A program made the position numbers and the translations under genes. From Paragordius varius (taxonomy: Eukaryota > Animalia > Nematomorpha): 64,000 bases of DNA. The notes under the pieces were generated by a model. The model made no database searches. It saw nothing but the letters and a program-made list of their open reading frames with translations, and was not told the origin of the DNA. This document shows, one piece after another, positions 1 to 13,721 of this stretch. The stretch is from assembly GCA_964247055.1 (NCBI GenBank), contig OZ176056.1:1178001-1242000 (forward strand), read 5' to 3'. Position 1 is the stretch's first letter, and the number at the start of each line of letters is the position of its first letter.

Positions 1-1408
1 TGGCATAACAATTTTTAAAATAAATTAGTGATAATATTGAAATAAGGTAAAAAATTGAGCGACGCATTTAAAAAAACTGAAGATATAATTTTACAATTAT
101 TAGTATCGAAAATTAAAATTTAGATAAAATCTAAAAAAATAAAAAATAAAAATAATTGATGCAAATCACAAACGCTTTTTTATACCAATTATAAGTTAAT
201 ATTATCTAGAGAGGTGAGCTGTATCGTATATCAAATAGTTATTATCAGCTCAGATACAATTTGATTAATATCTGTATTTTTTTTTATAAAAATAGAAGCA
301 TACACCTTAGGTTTATTTGTACATTCACCTTCTTTTTAACAGGCTTGGGTTTTTTAAATTACATCGAACAAGATAATGTTAATATATGGACTGAATTTTG
401 CTTCAATATAACTAATATGTTAACAATCAAACATTACCAAATAAGGCAATGTTCGAAATCATTAATCTAATAATTATTATTGTATTGATATTTAAAAATA
501 GAAATTTTTTTACAAAAAAAAATCAATACATTTACAAAATACTAGAGTTAGTCTATGTTATACATTATATTGTGTAAATTATTTTAACCTTTATGAAAAT
601 TACATTACAATATAAACAAATATATCAAATATAGACGCATTTCGCAATATTTAGTGTAGCAATCGAAACAGTAACTAATAACTTCCGGTTCTAATACTAT
701 CTTTTAGCCAGTGGATATCTTTTTAACAAAAACAGTTTCCGATTTCATTAATTCAGGTTTCATCGTTTTGCCCAATTTTCTACATTTATTATGTAAATAA
801 ATATATACACAATTGTAGAAAAGCAAATTATACTATGCTATTTTTCGTTTTAATAAAGATGGGTAAGTATCGGGGTGTGTTAAAAATAAAATAAAGAAAA
901 AATATTTTTTGTCCCTCACTTCTGTTGTTGATTCCAAAAAGGCTAAAGGGTTTTAAAAAATAGTCAACTCTAATCCTGTCTATATCCACGCCACTGGTTA
1001 GCATATAAGTTAGTTGTCCAAAAAAGCTCCTGCAAATTTTAACAAAGTGTAGACTAATACAAATCGGAATATTTTTTATTTTATGTTTTTGTTTTATAAC
1101 AAATTTAACTAATCATTATATTTTATTTATTAAAATATTATTATTCTAAAACCATTTGTCCATAATAAGCGATTTAATATTAAAAAATAATTATTGTTGA
1201 AACTGCGATATCTCAATTGTCCCATTCTAATCCAGTTTATGTTTAAAAAGATGGTTAGTTCGCGTTACAAATATTTTTTACCATAATTTGCAAAATTTTA
1301 CATGATTTTGTTAAATAATTATATCTTATATCTGGGCCAAAATAATTTTTAAAAATTAGCTAGCAAAATAGGTATAAGATAATTAAAGTGAAAATATATG
1401 GTTCTTAT

Positions 1409-3369
1409 TACTAGTTGACACGACCCGAAATTGGGTTATTGTCAATATTAGTTGTTAAACCACTTATTTAACTCCATCTACCCTCTCCACAAAAAAGTTT
1501 TTTTGATCATCGCGCCAAAGTCTCAACAGTTTACATTTATAACAGATGCTGAAATAAATTAAAGGGTATTAAAAAAGCGGTATTTTCAAAAAATCGCGAA
1601 GCAATTTTATTGTGAGCGGAACCATATACCAATATTTTCCAATTATAACAGTTTATTTAATTTAATAGGCCATCAAAAATTTATTTTAATATTTACACCA
1701 AATTCACCATTTGTGTGTAATGTAATGTCCACAAATATATTTGATATAGAACTGTTCCATCTAATTTACTTGATCTTGGTCAATATTCACTCATGAATAC
1801 ATATACCGCGTTATTAAAAATAACATAAATTAGCGAATAAAAAAATTGCTTGAACTTAAGTCTATAGTTATATTAAATGTTAATTGAAGACGGGGCCTAT
1901 TTTAGTGATCTCAAGGATCATTTTATCTTTATAATGAAACCGTACGTGTTATTTTTTTTCTACCTATTAAGGTGAAATTAAACCACCAGATAGTATCCAA
2001 AAATCAAATAATTCAGGTTTAATTTTATGTGGATGTATTTTAATCAACTTTTCCTACAATTGGCATATCCAAAATATTAACCAAATATTAACCCAGTATT
2101 AAACATTGTCGGATCTCACTACGGTTAGAGTTCCAACTTATAGATAGTGTTAAATTTTACTTATGGTCCCATGGGAATCAGATAAATACCTGTTTAAGTA
2201 AAATGAGGTTTCCTAGAGGTCGATTTGATAGATTACACTGCTCAACAAGGTTTTGCACAACCCCATTATTTTTGCATTTTCTGATACCTAATGGCATGGA
2301 AAGGCCAAAACAAAAAAGAAAATTGATGCCACCAATAGGACTTTTCCAAAATTTAAATTTTAAATTTGTATTTAATTTAAAAATTACGATCATTCCTCGT
2401 GTACATATGTTTAAATATTCAAACGAGCAAGTCGATACAAGTAATATTCCATGCATGAATAACAAAATTCTAGGCATTAAATAAGATACTAAACAAGCTA
2501 AGAGCCAAAGTATTAAAAATCTAAAAGGGGCTAATGCATAGTGTGATAGATCCGGGCGGCTGCACAAGCTCTGCAAATCCCCTAAGCGATCCTATAATTA
2601 TGCCAGATATGGCAAAGATAACAATAAGTAATCGTAAAGTCCGATAAGAGAGACTTGCAAGCAAAATCCAGGCAAATTGACATGTCAAATTAACCAATTT
2701 ACAGAATAAGTTAGATAAATTCTACAGTTAAATTGAATATAAATTAGGTAAATACAAATGGTCCAATCCCATAACAGTAAATTGTACTAAAAGTGGCTAC
2801 ACAACATCCATCTGAAATTCAAAATACAAAACAACCAATAATTTTAAAAAATAAGGTATATCCACTAGGTATAAATAAAGGATTTTATATAAGAACCAAC
2901 TCAAGAGAAAAAGTCTAATAAGTACTCGAAAGAACGAAAACTAACAAAAAATATAGCCTATCTGAAAGCCGAAGGTTTAAACCATAGAATGCCTTTTTTA
3001 GTATTTTTTTAAAAAAGTTTTATATGTGTTAAAAATTCACTTGAAAAAAAGACTAAATTTTGATTAAGTCCGTGCTATTTTTTTCTCTCTGATATTTAAA
3101 TGACATATTTATATTTAAAAGATAGAGTTTAAAACGCTTTATTAAGTGATATTAAGTTTATAATATAATAACATTTTATTATAAAGTTATATTAAATTTT
3201 CTCTCGATTTTCTCTTGTTTTTGAAAAATTAAAAAACCTATAAAATTTGAAAATTCTAATTGGCGGGATCAAAATATTTTTCAAATTCGGTTTTAAAACA
3301 CTGAAATTAGTCATAATTTAAAAAGTTTGAGTGGTGGTGCTTAAAAATATCCAAATTTGTCGACTAGTG
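1409..3369. mobile_element. Non-autonomous or degenerate DNA transposon with (C/T)ACTAGT(T/C)GACA termini; CMC superfamily (Chapaev-like) by terminus and TSD length
   Basis: Left end TACTAGTTGACA (1409) and right end TGTCGACTAGTG (3358-3369) are inverted repeats. TTAT flanks both sides (1405-1408, 3370-3373), a 4-bp TSD. About 1.1 kb of it recurs inverted at 56965-58050. No transposase motif recognised. Confidence 0.55.
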
Positions 3370-3521
3370 TTATTGATATATATAAATAAAATAGAAATAG
3401 AATTTTCAGATATAACAATTATTAAAAGTCTGACTTTTTTAATAAAGTGATTTTCCAATTTTAATCAACGCTGCACTAATGGTTTATTGATTAACTAATT
3501 AAGCTTTTAAACAATTTAAAC

Positions 3522-5380
3522 CAGTGATACTCAAACCGCGGCCCGCGGGCCGCATGCGGCCCTAAGAGTACTTTAAAATTGCCCTATGACCAAATAGATA
3601 CATAAATTATTTTTTTTGATGAATTTTTAAAATACACATAAGCGATGTATTTTAATATTAATTTATTTTCTTTAAATTTAATTTTGGTAATTTTTAGTTT
3701 TTACCCAATTCGAAATGGAGGAAAATTTTCCTACATTAAAAATTCAAAATTTTGGTACACGTTGTTTTTTTTCTGTATTTTATTTTCTTTTCTATTTTAA
3801 AATTTTTATTGCATTTCTTTTTTGTAAAGCAAGCCTTTCACCCAAACTTGCATATTCTTTTCATTGCTATCTTACATCATTTTCTGATACTCATTTCCAT
3901 AAAATATTTTTTAAATCAACATCATTAAATTTCGTCCTGTTTATTTATAGCATATTCAAATTATATTCCTATTTTTTTGAAAAAATTTACATAATATTTA
4001 AACACAAATTCAAAGGATGACATCTAATGCTAAAAAACGTAAATTATCCGATGAAAATCGCTCCTTTAAAAAAGAATAGGAGGAAAATTTTTTGTCGTTT
4101 TTAAAAAATGTTGTTACCTGCCTTATATGTAAGGACCACATAATTATAAAAAATACAATATAGAAAGACATCTCAATGTGCGCTCTTCGTTAGAATTCGC
4201 AACGACAACATAATCAAAGAGTATTTATTTTTACCAATGAATAATACCACGATAAGAAGTAATTTTCTAGATATGATTAGCATTTTTTTCGATAATAATG
4301 GCATATCTATGAAAAAATTGGTTATGTGCACAGATGAGTGTCCCTCTATCATTGGAATAAACAAAGAATTTATTCCCCTTTTGAAAAATATAATTTGCAA
4401 AATATTTTATCCGTTTACTGCTTTATTCAGCAACTTGGTTTAGCGTATAAAAGATCACTCAATGAGGTAATTAAAACGGTTGTAGATATAGTTAACCACA
4501 TCCGTGGCAAAGAATTCAACGGCCGTAAATTCAAAAACCTTCTGAAAGATATCCACAGTGAATTTGACCATATTTGTATACCGCTTGCGATGGCTTAGCC
4601 TTACCAAAGTATTAAATAGATTTTTTGTTTTAAGGCATGAAATTGTATTATAAAAGATAACAGAAAGTTTGACGAGCAAATTAATAGCGACAAACAGTGG
4701 GTATTAGCCTACCTTTGCCGCATAGGTTATTATTTAACATTTTTATCAAATGAGATATTCAGAATTAAGAAATATTAAAAATTGCTTAAAACTCGTTGAA
4801 AATCCATGGCATATTATCCAATATTAAGCAACTTGAGCATTTCGGTTTTGACAGGCGCATATCATTGAAGAATTCGTAGATCTTAAAAACGATTCAGGGG
4901 GCTATATTCAAGGAGAATCGTAGGGAAAGAAGATATGTAGAGTTTTGGCAAGATGTGCCAAATAAATGTGAGAATATAAGAAAATGTGCTCAAGTTATCT
5001 TAACTGTTTTTCCTTCAACTTATACGTGTGAGGCGGCATATTCAAAATTGAAGCATGTCAAGAATACTAACAGAAATCGCTTAACCGATGATCATATGGA
5101 CGACGTATTAAGATTGGCCTGTCATGAGGCGAAAATAAATTTGTCAAAAATTATTGATTAATATCAAAATAAATGTTAACGAAATATTTTAATTTATTAA
5201 ATGGTGCAAAACGAGTTTTTAGCTGGATTTACATGCGATTCGCAAATTCATTGTGCTGATTTAGAGTATAAATAAGGGCATATGTGTCAAATAGCTGTGG
5301 AATATTTGCCATTGGTTCATGGCCCTCAAAAAAATAATATATTTTATTTGGCCCGTCAATTTTTTTGGTGAGTACCACTG
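3522..5380 (+). mobile_element. Internally deleted hAT (Buster/SPIN-type) DNA transposon
   Basis: TIRs CAGTGATACTCA / TGAGTACCACTG, subterminal GCGGCCCGCGGGCCGC palindrome and transposase remnants inside. TSD not preserved. Confidence 0.85.
4017..5161 (+). pseudogene. Decayed hAT transposase (GTF2IRD2/EPM2AIP1-like)
   Basis: MTSNAKKRKLSDENRSFKKE N-terminus, CTDECPSIIG (TDGAP-like), IVNHIRG, and FPSTYTCEAAYSKLKHVKNTNRNRLTDDHMDDVLRLA dimerisation domain. Many stops and frameshifts. Confidence 0.85.
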
Positions 5381-6948
5381 ATCATCGACTAATTGGCAGC
5401 ATAGTTTGCCTAAGCATATGATGCCGAAAATCATTGAATTAGACACAAAATATTAACTATACAATTTACTATCAAATACCAAATTCGTATTTCGCAATCC
5501 ATATCAGATAAATTAATATATTTTTGCAACATAGTGCATAAAACTGGGATGTTCAACAAATATCCTGATATTAAATTATATTTAAAATCAAATATATAAG
5601 TGTACTTTTTGGTTTTAATAAATTAAAAATATGATAATACTAAAAAGCAATTATGTCAACGCGTAAAGTAGTTGTACACCCATTTGATTCACTCAGAAAC
5701 CAAATTTAGCTTGTTCAACATTATCATATCAGTAAAGGATATTATATGAAATAATATTATAAGGTTTTAGGTTTTATCATATATTTAAATCCAATTATTT
5801 GGTTTTCAGCTCTAAAGATTAGTGAAATACATTTTACATCCATGTGTAAAATTGAATAAAAAATTATATTTTTTGTCCAAATTCATAAGTTGCAAATATG
5901 CTTATAAAATCTAGATGATTTGTCGTTCTTAAAGAAGTTTTCCAATCTATTCATTTGTCAAGAACTAGAAAAAAATGTATTATTGCGTTTGCATTTTGCA
6001 GTCATATGTTATGAAATTCAATAAATTATTTATGAATTCCCATATAAATCACAAATGCTACCCGCCGGATTTCATGAGTCAATCGCGGTCAGCGAGGCAG
6101 TTAGTGTTGTAGACCCTTGTTTGATCTTAGACATTAGTATGTTTCAATAAAACAATGAACTTAGGTTATTTTGTCTTACAGGCTCACAAAATAGTCAAAA
6201 TGAGACTAAAAATATTTATAAAAAAAAGCCTTTTATTTTTCTTACCTCATCTATCAATAGGATGCTAAATACTTATTAGGATTTAAATTACTTTAGACAT
6301 TATTATTGGTTAATTGTTAATACAATAGTACCGTGTGTTATAAAACAAAGTTTTCATAACAATAATTTTTATTTTTTATATTTTTTTGCGTAAATATAGC
6401 ATGAAAGCTAATATGCTTTTAGATCAGGGGTGTCCAACAGGGTACTCGCGAGCCACTAGTGGCTCATTGAAAATTTTAAGTGGCTCTTTGAAAACTTTGA
6501 AAAAAAGATTTTTTAAAAAAAAAAGTTATTTCTAATTTTTTTTGAAAAATTTTTATATGTAAATTATGCATTATTATTTTGACATTTAAATTATTTTTAG
6601 AAACTGTTAATAAAATTCTATATTATATATATCTATCATCGCATTCATTTAATCATTTATAAAACACAATTTTTCCTGCATGTTATTTCCAACTTCAAGA
6701 TAATAACTTTCACATTAAATTAAAGCATTAAATTACTTGCAAAAAATAGGCATTTAAAAGAATATATTTTGCTTTCATACCAATACTGGGAATTATAATT
6801 TGCCATTGAAACATTGAAATACTTGCTAAAAATAGGTATTTAAAATAATTTATTTAGCTTTCATACCAATACTGGGAACTATAAGGTCCATTGAAATATT
6901 AAATTACTTGCAAAAAAAGTATTTAAAATAATTTATTTAGCTTTCAAT

Positions 6949-8541
6949 ATGCATAAATCTAAAAAAGTAACTAGAAAATACATCTCGACTTGGAATTAAA
7001 ATATGGGTTTACTCAAATTTTCAACAAAGCGGAGTGCCTTATTTGCAAATTTACGACAAACGGGTTTCGCGAATAAAAAGACATGCCAATACAATGCATT
7101 TGGATTTTATTAATATGACTACAGAAATGAAAATAATAAAATTAGGATCTTTAAAAAATATTAATAATCTCCAACCAACAATTTCATTCACGCAACCTTA
7201 TCCAATAGTAAAGGCAAGTTATATTGTTGCCAATTTACTCGCCAAAACAATGAAGCCTTATTCTGATGGTGAGTTTGTAAAGGAATGCGTAGGAAATTAT
7301 AAAATGTGTTTTGCCTAATAAAGTTGAATTAATAGCCAGTATAAGCCTTTCGCGCAAATGTGTCGTAGAATTACAGACATCGCAGAAGTTCAACTTTCCC
7401 TAAAACAAAGAATTCAAAATTTTGTGGCGTTTTCCTTGTCATTTGATGAAATCACAGATATAAGCAACATATCACAAATGGTAGTCTTTATTCGAGGGAT
7501 AGATATGAATTTTTTAAAATAACAGAAGATGTGTTAGACTTACTTCCGATGAAAAATCTAAGGGAGATTATATGTTTCATGCAATTTTATGTATTGAGGA
7601 CAATAAATTAAATATGAGGGCGCTATCTTGTTTGACAACAGATGGTGCCCCAGCTATGATGGGAAAAAACAAGGGAACCGTGAAATTATTGTTAAATAAG
7701 ATGGAATCCGATGATATTAATATTGACCATATATATATAAGGCATTGCATGATTTACCGTGAAAATCTTTGCGCACATGCTCTGACAATGGACAATGTTA
7801 TGACCGTTGTTATTAAAATAGTTAATTTTATAAAATCTCATGCTTTGAAGCATAGGCTTTAAGGTGTTATTAAAAGAAATTTATTCAGAATATGGAGATC
7901 TTATATTTTCTTCAAATGTAAGGTGGCTTAGTCGAGGGAAATGTCTAAAAAGGTTTTATTATTTATTAAAAGAAATAAATATTTTTCTGTTGCAGAATAA
8001 TTATTTGGTAGAATTAACCAATGGAGATTGGTTGTCAGATTTATGCTTTTCCGTGGATATTACCGAAAAACAAAATCAATTAAATGAATTCTTGCAAAAG
8101 CAAGATAATTTAATTGTTGATGCGAATAACCATATTAAAGCGTTTTGTAAAAAATTGACGTTATTTGAATGCCATTTAAAAAAAATAATGCTGAACATTT
8201 TCCAGAATTGAATAGATTTGAAGCTGGTAAAACTAACGATTTTTAAAAGTATCCAATAATAATTAAAATAATTATTTGGGCTAACAAATAAAATTGAATT
8301 TTATAAAAAATATATAAGGTGTGATAAATTTCCTAATTTAAGAATTTTTGCACAAAGATTAATTTGTGCTTTTGGATCCACTTATCTTTGTGAAATTATT
8401 TTTCTAAAATGAAATACACAAAATCTCTTTCTTTATTAACTGATGAAAACTTGGAGGATGAATTGAGATGTGCTGTATCAAATATTGATATAGATCTGAA
8501 TAAATTAAGCAAAAAAAATTACAAAACAAATATCCCATTAA
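6949..8541 (+). pseudogene. Frameshifted hAT transposase (GTF2IRD2-like)
   Basis: VANLLAKTMKPYSDGEFVKEC, LTTDGAPAMMGKNKG, HCMIYRENLCAH, NVRWLSRGKCLKRF and FGSTYLCE-type motifs spread over ORF fragments 7034-7318, 7572-7862 and 7864-8211. Confidence 0.9.
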
Positions 8542-8559
8542 AAATTTAATTATGCAGTG

Positions 8560-8965
8560 ATTATTTATTTCTTTTATTTTTATTAGATAAAAAAACTTTA
8601 TTAGACATTTTCCTCGACAACAATCATGTGCACAGAGATTTTTACGGTATCAATGCATTATATATATTTGATCATATTTATGGCATCGGTTTCCATCTCA
8701 CGCTCATATTTAACTAAATACATTTTAAATTGCATGATTATCATCCCCCTTTAAGAAGGTAACATTTTGTAGAGACTATCAATTGAGGACTAATATATGT
8801 GCTTTTATGTACTTTCTTTTAAGTCAGGTCCATTGGTTGATTTATCGTGATCTTGTATCGCGCAAAATACTTAAAACACATTTTATAAACTCATGAACGC
8901 ACCCCATGATAAATTCGCTGTCTGAATAAATAAGGTTACATTTTGGCGATTAAATTTGCCACAGT
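8560..8965 (-). pseudogene. Inverted, heavily deleted transposase fragment of the same hAT family inside the 6425-9227 element
   Basis: The reverse complement contains, in order, diverged matches to about 7220-7290 (GCAAATTTAATCGCCAAAATG...CCTTAT), 7560 (AAGGGGGATGAT...CATGCAATTT), 7700-7780 (GATGGAAACCGATG...TGCATTGATACCGTAAAAATCTCTGTGCAC) and 7930 (GTCGAGGAAAATGTCTAA). Confidence 0.75.
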
Positions 8966-9273
8966 CCACCCTAGTCATACTATCGAATTGCAATAAATTT
9001 ACCAAATTCATGTATTTTTATCTTTTTTTTATACATTGAAATAATTTAATTAGCAAAGCATTATTATATTTCTGTTTATTTTTTTATAAGAAAATTGGCA
9101 CATCTATATGTTAATATAATAAATTTATTTGTTACCAATGTCTTGATATATATAAATAAAAAGTGGCTCTTTGGAATTTTGAGGTCGAAAAGGTGGCTCT
9201 TCAAGCCATTTGTGTTAGACACCCCTGTTTTAGATAATTTATTTTTAACATTATATATTGTACTTAATTATAT

Positions 9274-10588
9274 TTAATCTTTTCCTTGATTTTCTGGCGG
9301 AATTGGTGAGTCTGGATAGCGTACGGTGAAGTAAGGGAGAAGCTTGTTTTCTGTGAAATTATCTGTTAAACAACATTATTTACACTATGTATCTCTAAAA
9401 TCGTTTTAATTTGATATAGGTGAATACTAAAATATTTTTTCGATTCGACGAACGAGCTTATCAAGTTGATAATATATTGATTGTATGGATTTACAGTTTA
9501 ACATACAGATTATTTTTTATTCTTTCATTATATTTACTTAAATTTTACCCATATGTAAGTTTGGATTAAGCTGTATTCTGTTTTTTGAAAATTTGCTATT
9601 TAAAGTAGAGTGAAATTCTAAGTCAGGAATAAACGAAATTTTTTGATATTATATAGCTTCCAAATACCACTTGGTAAGTGTTCAGAATTTTCGATTGGTA
9701 CTGCATTTCTAGGTTGGCCTGTAGCGGTTTGTTCCTTATTTGTTTTGTTTTTGAAGTAAATGGCAAAAAGAGCTTCTATGCTAAATTTATTTTGTTGGTG
9801 ATTATTCTTTCCATTTTCATCTTCTTTGTAATTATTTAATAGTATATCTTGAGCTGAAGTAGTTGAGGAAATGGCGGTTTCGACGGTGGATTTGTTGTCT
9901 TTTAAACAAATATCGTAAAAATTTAATTTATAAAGAGACAAAACTTAACCAACAAAAAAATGTAGCATATGAGCTCTTTTTCGCATTTGCTTTAAAAACA
10001 AAACAAATACGGAAAAAACCGCCAATAGAAATGCAGTACAATTGAAAATTCTGAATCTTACCAAGTGGTATTTGGAAGCTATATAATATAAAAGAAACCT
10101 TTTTTTTATTCCTGACTTTTGAATTTAGTCATACTAATTATTTTTTGACAATTCAAATATTAAATAAATGCTGAAATATTTTACAAAATAATAAATTTAA
10201 AATGGTCAAATTTCATATAGCTAGTTGCAATTCCACAAATATGGAATAAAATCAAGGAATATTGAATGATGGATTAAAAAAGTATTTCAGACTCTCAAAA
10301 ATTACTTTTAGTTTTGGAAGAATAGATTTTTACAGAATTATACTTTCCATTTTAATCCACCTTACCATTATTCAATAGTATAATTTGTTGAGGAAATGGC
10401 GGTTTTGGCCATGGATTTGTTGTCTTTGGAATGTATGTAACTGTGGGTGAAACTTTTTAGTTCCCTTTGAGTGATGAAACCCCTTTTACCACCGGTGATA
10501 GACGGGTATCTCCTATCAAATCGGGACGATCCTCCAAGTAAAGTTTTGAATTGACTGTTGGGGGTAATGAGGGACAAGGGGTTATTAA
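9274..10588 (-). CDS. Candidate 3' exons of an unidentified Pro-rich protein gene (exons 10588-10490, 10423-10366, 9362-9274)
   Basis: Canonical AG/GT sites join into LITPCPSLPPTVNSKLYLEDRPDLIGDTRLSPV-TTNPWPKPPFPQQIILLNN-DNFTENKLLPYFTVRYPDSPIPPENQGKD*. These are GC-richer islands in AT-rich DNA. The frame of the first exon is ambiguous and no homology was recognised. Confidence 0.4.
9603..10137. mobile_element. Long-TIR element (about 115-bp arms) carrying a copy of a neighbouring exon
   Basis: About 9603-9722 and 10018-10137 are inverted repeats (e.g. TATAGCTTCCAAATACCACTTGGTAAG / CTTACCAAGTGGTATTTGGAAGCTATA). Internal 9833-9901 resembles 10366-10426. Confidence 0.7.
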
Positions 10589-11232
10589 CTACAAACAAGT
10601 AAAGATTACATTTATCAAGAAAAATAGTTAAAAAAATTTCTGTAAGAATCTTTGTTTCCATTAACTTGCATAACAAAAATGGATAAAATTTGTTTTTATT
10701 GCCTTTTATCGAACTCAAATAGGTTTAAAATATTTGTATTTAATTTATTAAATAAAGATGCAAGAATGTGTTTATAAATATTCCTATTTCATAGCCAATC
10801 AGATACAAAATTAACACATACCCTCCTAAAAATCCTTCTTATAAACCGTCCGAGTCTTTAGATATTTATACTTACATAATCACCAAAAAACTTCTTTATT
10901 ACATATATATAATGGTAAAAATATATCAACTCACAATTTATTTAAAAAATATTACCAAGTTAATAGAATAAAGAGGGTCGAGGTTATATTGAGTTTATAA
11001 TCAATAAAAGAGAAAATGTTAAAAACTTATTCTAATTATATAAATATTATATTATATATATATATATAATATTTATATATATAAGCGCTATTTTGGTAGA
11101 GAAAACGAAGGGATACTCCACACCGTTTGATAATAATCGCCACAATTAGGTATTTTTAGTTTTTTAACATATTTAAGTTAGAAATTGTTTGGGTTATGCC
11201 TTTATTATAACTCAAATATACATATCATTTAA

Positions 11233-12320
11233 CACTGTGTGCAAAAAAGAGGGTTAATATTTTTTAACAAAATTTTTTTTCGTGAGATAGCTTAAGACCA
11301 GCGTATTCATTTGCCGCAAAAATTGTAGACGACCTAGTTTTTCAAATATTAAAACAAAATCAAAATTGAGAAAAAAGTGAAAATAAAGAATTAAGAATAA
11401 TTCAAAAAATAATGATAAAAGTTAGGGCATTATGGTATGTTTTATTATCATTTAAAGAGATATTTTGATAATGTAAATAGTCTAAAATCATATAGTTAGG
11501 GTATCTATATAATCTTTTAAAAGATGGCTTTTTTCTTTTAAGACACCTAAAAGAAAAATAAATTTTCATGAAACCTTATTAAAATAATTTATTTAATTAT
11601 TTACTAGCTAAACTCACTATTGTGATCTTAACATTCATATTTTATCTCAGTAAAAAAACTCTAAAAAATATTTATTTTTCCATTTTTTTGTCATCTGGCT
11701 TATGACGGTATAAAAAATTTACTGATATAATATTTCAAATCAGCTGATAAAGTATCTAAATTAATACAAAGTAAAATTTACAAGTATTGGAATATCAACC
11801 AAAAATCCGTTTATATCCCAGTAACATTTTTTTATTTGTGTTTAAACAAACTTGTTACAGGGATATAGCGTCATAAACCAAAAGAAAAAAATGAAGAAAT
11901 AAAAATTAATATTTTTAGTTTTATTTTATATATAAGCTATTTTAACTGAATAAAAAAAAATGTTAAGATCACAATAGTGAGTTTAGCTGGTAAATAATTG
12001 AAATAAATTATTTTAATAAGGTCCATGAAAATTTCTTTTCTTTTAGGTGTTTTAAAAGGAAGAGGATATCTTTTGAACTAAGAAACCCTAACTATAGGAT
12101 TTTAGACTATTTTATATTATGAAAATATTTCCTAATGTCATAATAAACCATAATATCTCAATTATCAATATTTTTTGAATTATAGTTTATTTTCGCTTTT
12201 TGCCCGATTTCGATTTTCTCTTAATATTAAAACTAGGTCGTAAAGAAATAAAAGTTTTTACGGGAAGGCATAAGCTATCTCATAAAAAATGATTATTATG
12301 TGAATTTTTTTCACACAGAG
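11233..12320. mobile_element. Foldback MITE (long imperfect TIRs starting CA[C/A]TGTGTGC), same family as 14709-16477
   Basis: The left arm 11233-11760 is an imperfect inverted repeat of about 11870-12320, and the termini match those of 14709-16477. Confidence 0.75.
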
Positions 12321-12367
12321 TAATAAATCTAAATAACCTATTAAATAACTCGAATAATTAACCTTAC

Positions 12368-12585
12368 CTTGAGTCCACCTGTAATTCTTTAATTTTAATT
12401 CTTAAAACTATAAAACCATTGCGAAGTTGTTTATCACTATTTAGGGGTCTTAAAACATATCTATTTTCCATTTCTGAAGATCCTTTACTAACAAGGTCGT
12501 TTAAGTATATTGTTGATGATGCTGTCATATGTTGCATATTTTTAAATTTTTTATTGAATAATCGCGTATGTTTTCGTTTAGCTTC
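12368..12585 (-). CDS. Candidate internal exon of an unidentified gene
   Basis: 72 open codons between acceptor AAATAG and donor GTAAGG: EAKRKHTRLFNKKFKNMQHMTASSTIYLNDLVSKGSSEMENRYVLRPLNSDKQLRNGFIVLRIKIKELQVDS. It does not join in frame directly to the 10588 exon. Confidence 0.3.
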
Positions 12586-13674
12586 CTATTTCTTTTCTAA
12601 AATTTCATAAAGTAAATAAATTATCATCGCAAATGGTTCTTTATATAATTATTTTTAATTTTAATAAAAACTAAATAATACTGTTTGTTGCAAATTTAAT
12701 TTAGAGACCAAAATTATATTTTTTAAAATGCTGGTTTGGCAATTATCGCAATCAAAATATTTACCTAACATGTCGTATTTAGCTAAATGCCTTTTGGTTT
12801 ATAATAATTTTAGTAAATAGCTCATCATTCGATTATTATAAATGTAACATGCATGTTATTGTTTGGCAAAAAATTGACTGGTACTAGTAAAAAAATTTAC
12901 ATTAGAAGTCAAAAGTAGTCACCATAAATTCAAACATCTGATTACCAAGATTTGTCTTCGTTTTTTATCGGTCTTAAGATGAGCAATTTATTAAGTTCCT
13001 CGGTTAAATTAATTACGTCTTTTTATATCAGAACCATTGTTTTCACTCAGAAATAAATTTATAATTAGGAGCTTGGAATCAACTAAAACATGGGATTTTG
13101 AGCTTTCTTACATGATAATAGAATACAGGAACATGTACAGAAAGTCTTGCGAATTTCAGATTCGTTTTATATATGTCAGGCTCTCTAAAAAATATTTCTC
13201 TAGCCATCGTAGCAAACTACTGTGAATATTGCACTCCCTTTTAACATTTTGCCAACTTCCTTCCCTGACCCTAGCCCATAAACTTTTAAGCTTAAGTGTT
13301 TTAACCTGATAAATCTAACTTTTTAAATATTCTAACTCTATAAAGGATTTTCAAGGGATTACAAATTTTATTCGAATTTTATTATTTAAAACCCAAACTT
13401 CGATCCAAAGTGCCGAAAACCAATAATGTCTGAATGGTAAATGTTTAACAAAATATACAGGATATTCATATAAATATGGATATTTAGACTTTTTTAAAAT
13501 AGTTTTAAATATATTCCTAACAAATAATCTCATAATATAATTTGCATAAATTATTCATTTTCGCAAAATCCATTTAATAATATATTATAAAAAGTTAAGA
13601 CCAACTTGAAGTGTTTAATATACCAAATATTTTTCTTGATAAATTTTTATAATCCATCAAAAAATATTTTATGA

Positions 13675-13714
<40 letters not shown>
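13675..13714. repeat. (TA)n microsatellite
   Basis: Direct reading. Other (TA)n tracts occur at about 55091-55127, 47455-47477 and 63610-63650. Confidence 0.95.

Positions 13715-13719
<5 letters not shown>

Positions 13720-13721
<2 letters not shown>

Larger units (their letters stand above)
6425..9227 (+). mobile_element. Full-length hAT (Buster-type) DNA transposon, 2.8 kb, inactive
   Basis: TIRs CAGGGGTGTCCAAC / GTTAGACACCCCTG with a perfect 8-bp TSD TTTTAGAT (6417-6424, 9228-9235). Short direct subrepeats at about 6740-6945. Confidence 0.95.

Noticed and set aside
709-996. CAGTGG...CCACTG-bounded MITE
   Set aside because: Only a short imperfect terminal match and no clear TSD.
6050-6290. 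Small spliced gene near 6.1-6.3 kb (plus: MLPAGFHESIAVSEAV...; minus: ILLIDE-SHFDYFVS)
   Set aside because: Plausible splice sites exist on both strands but give conflicting short models with no recognisable homology or linked exons.
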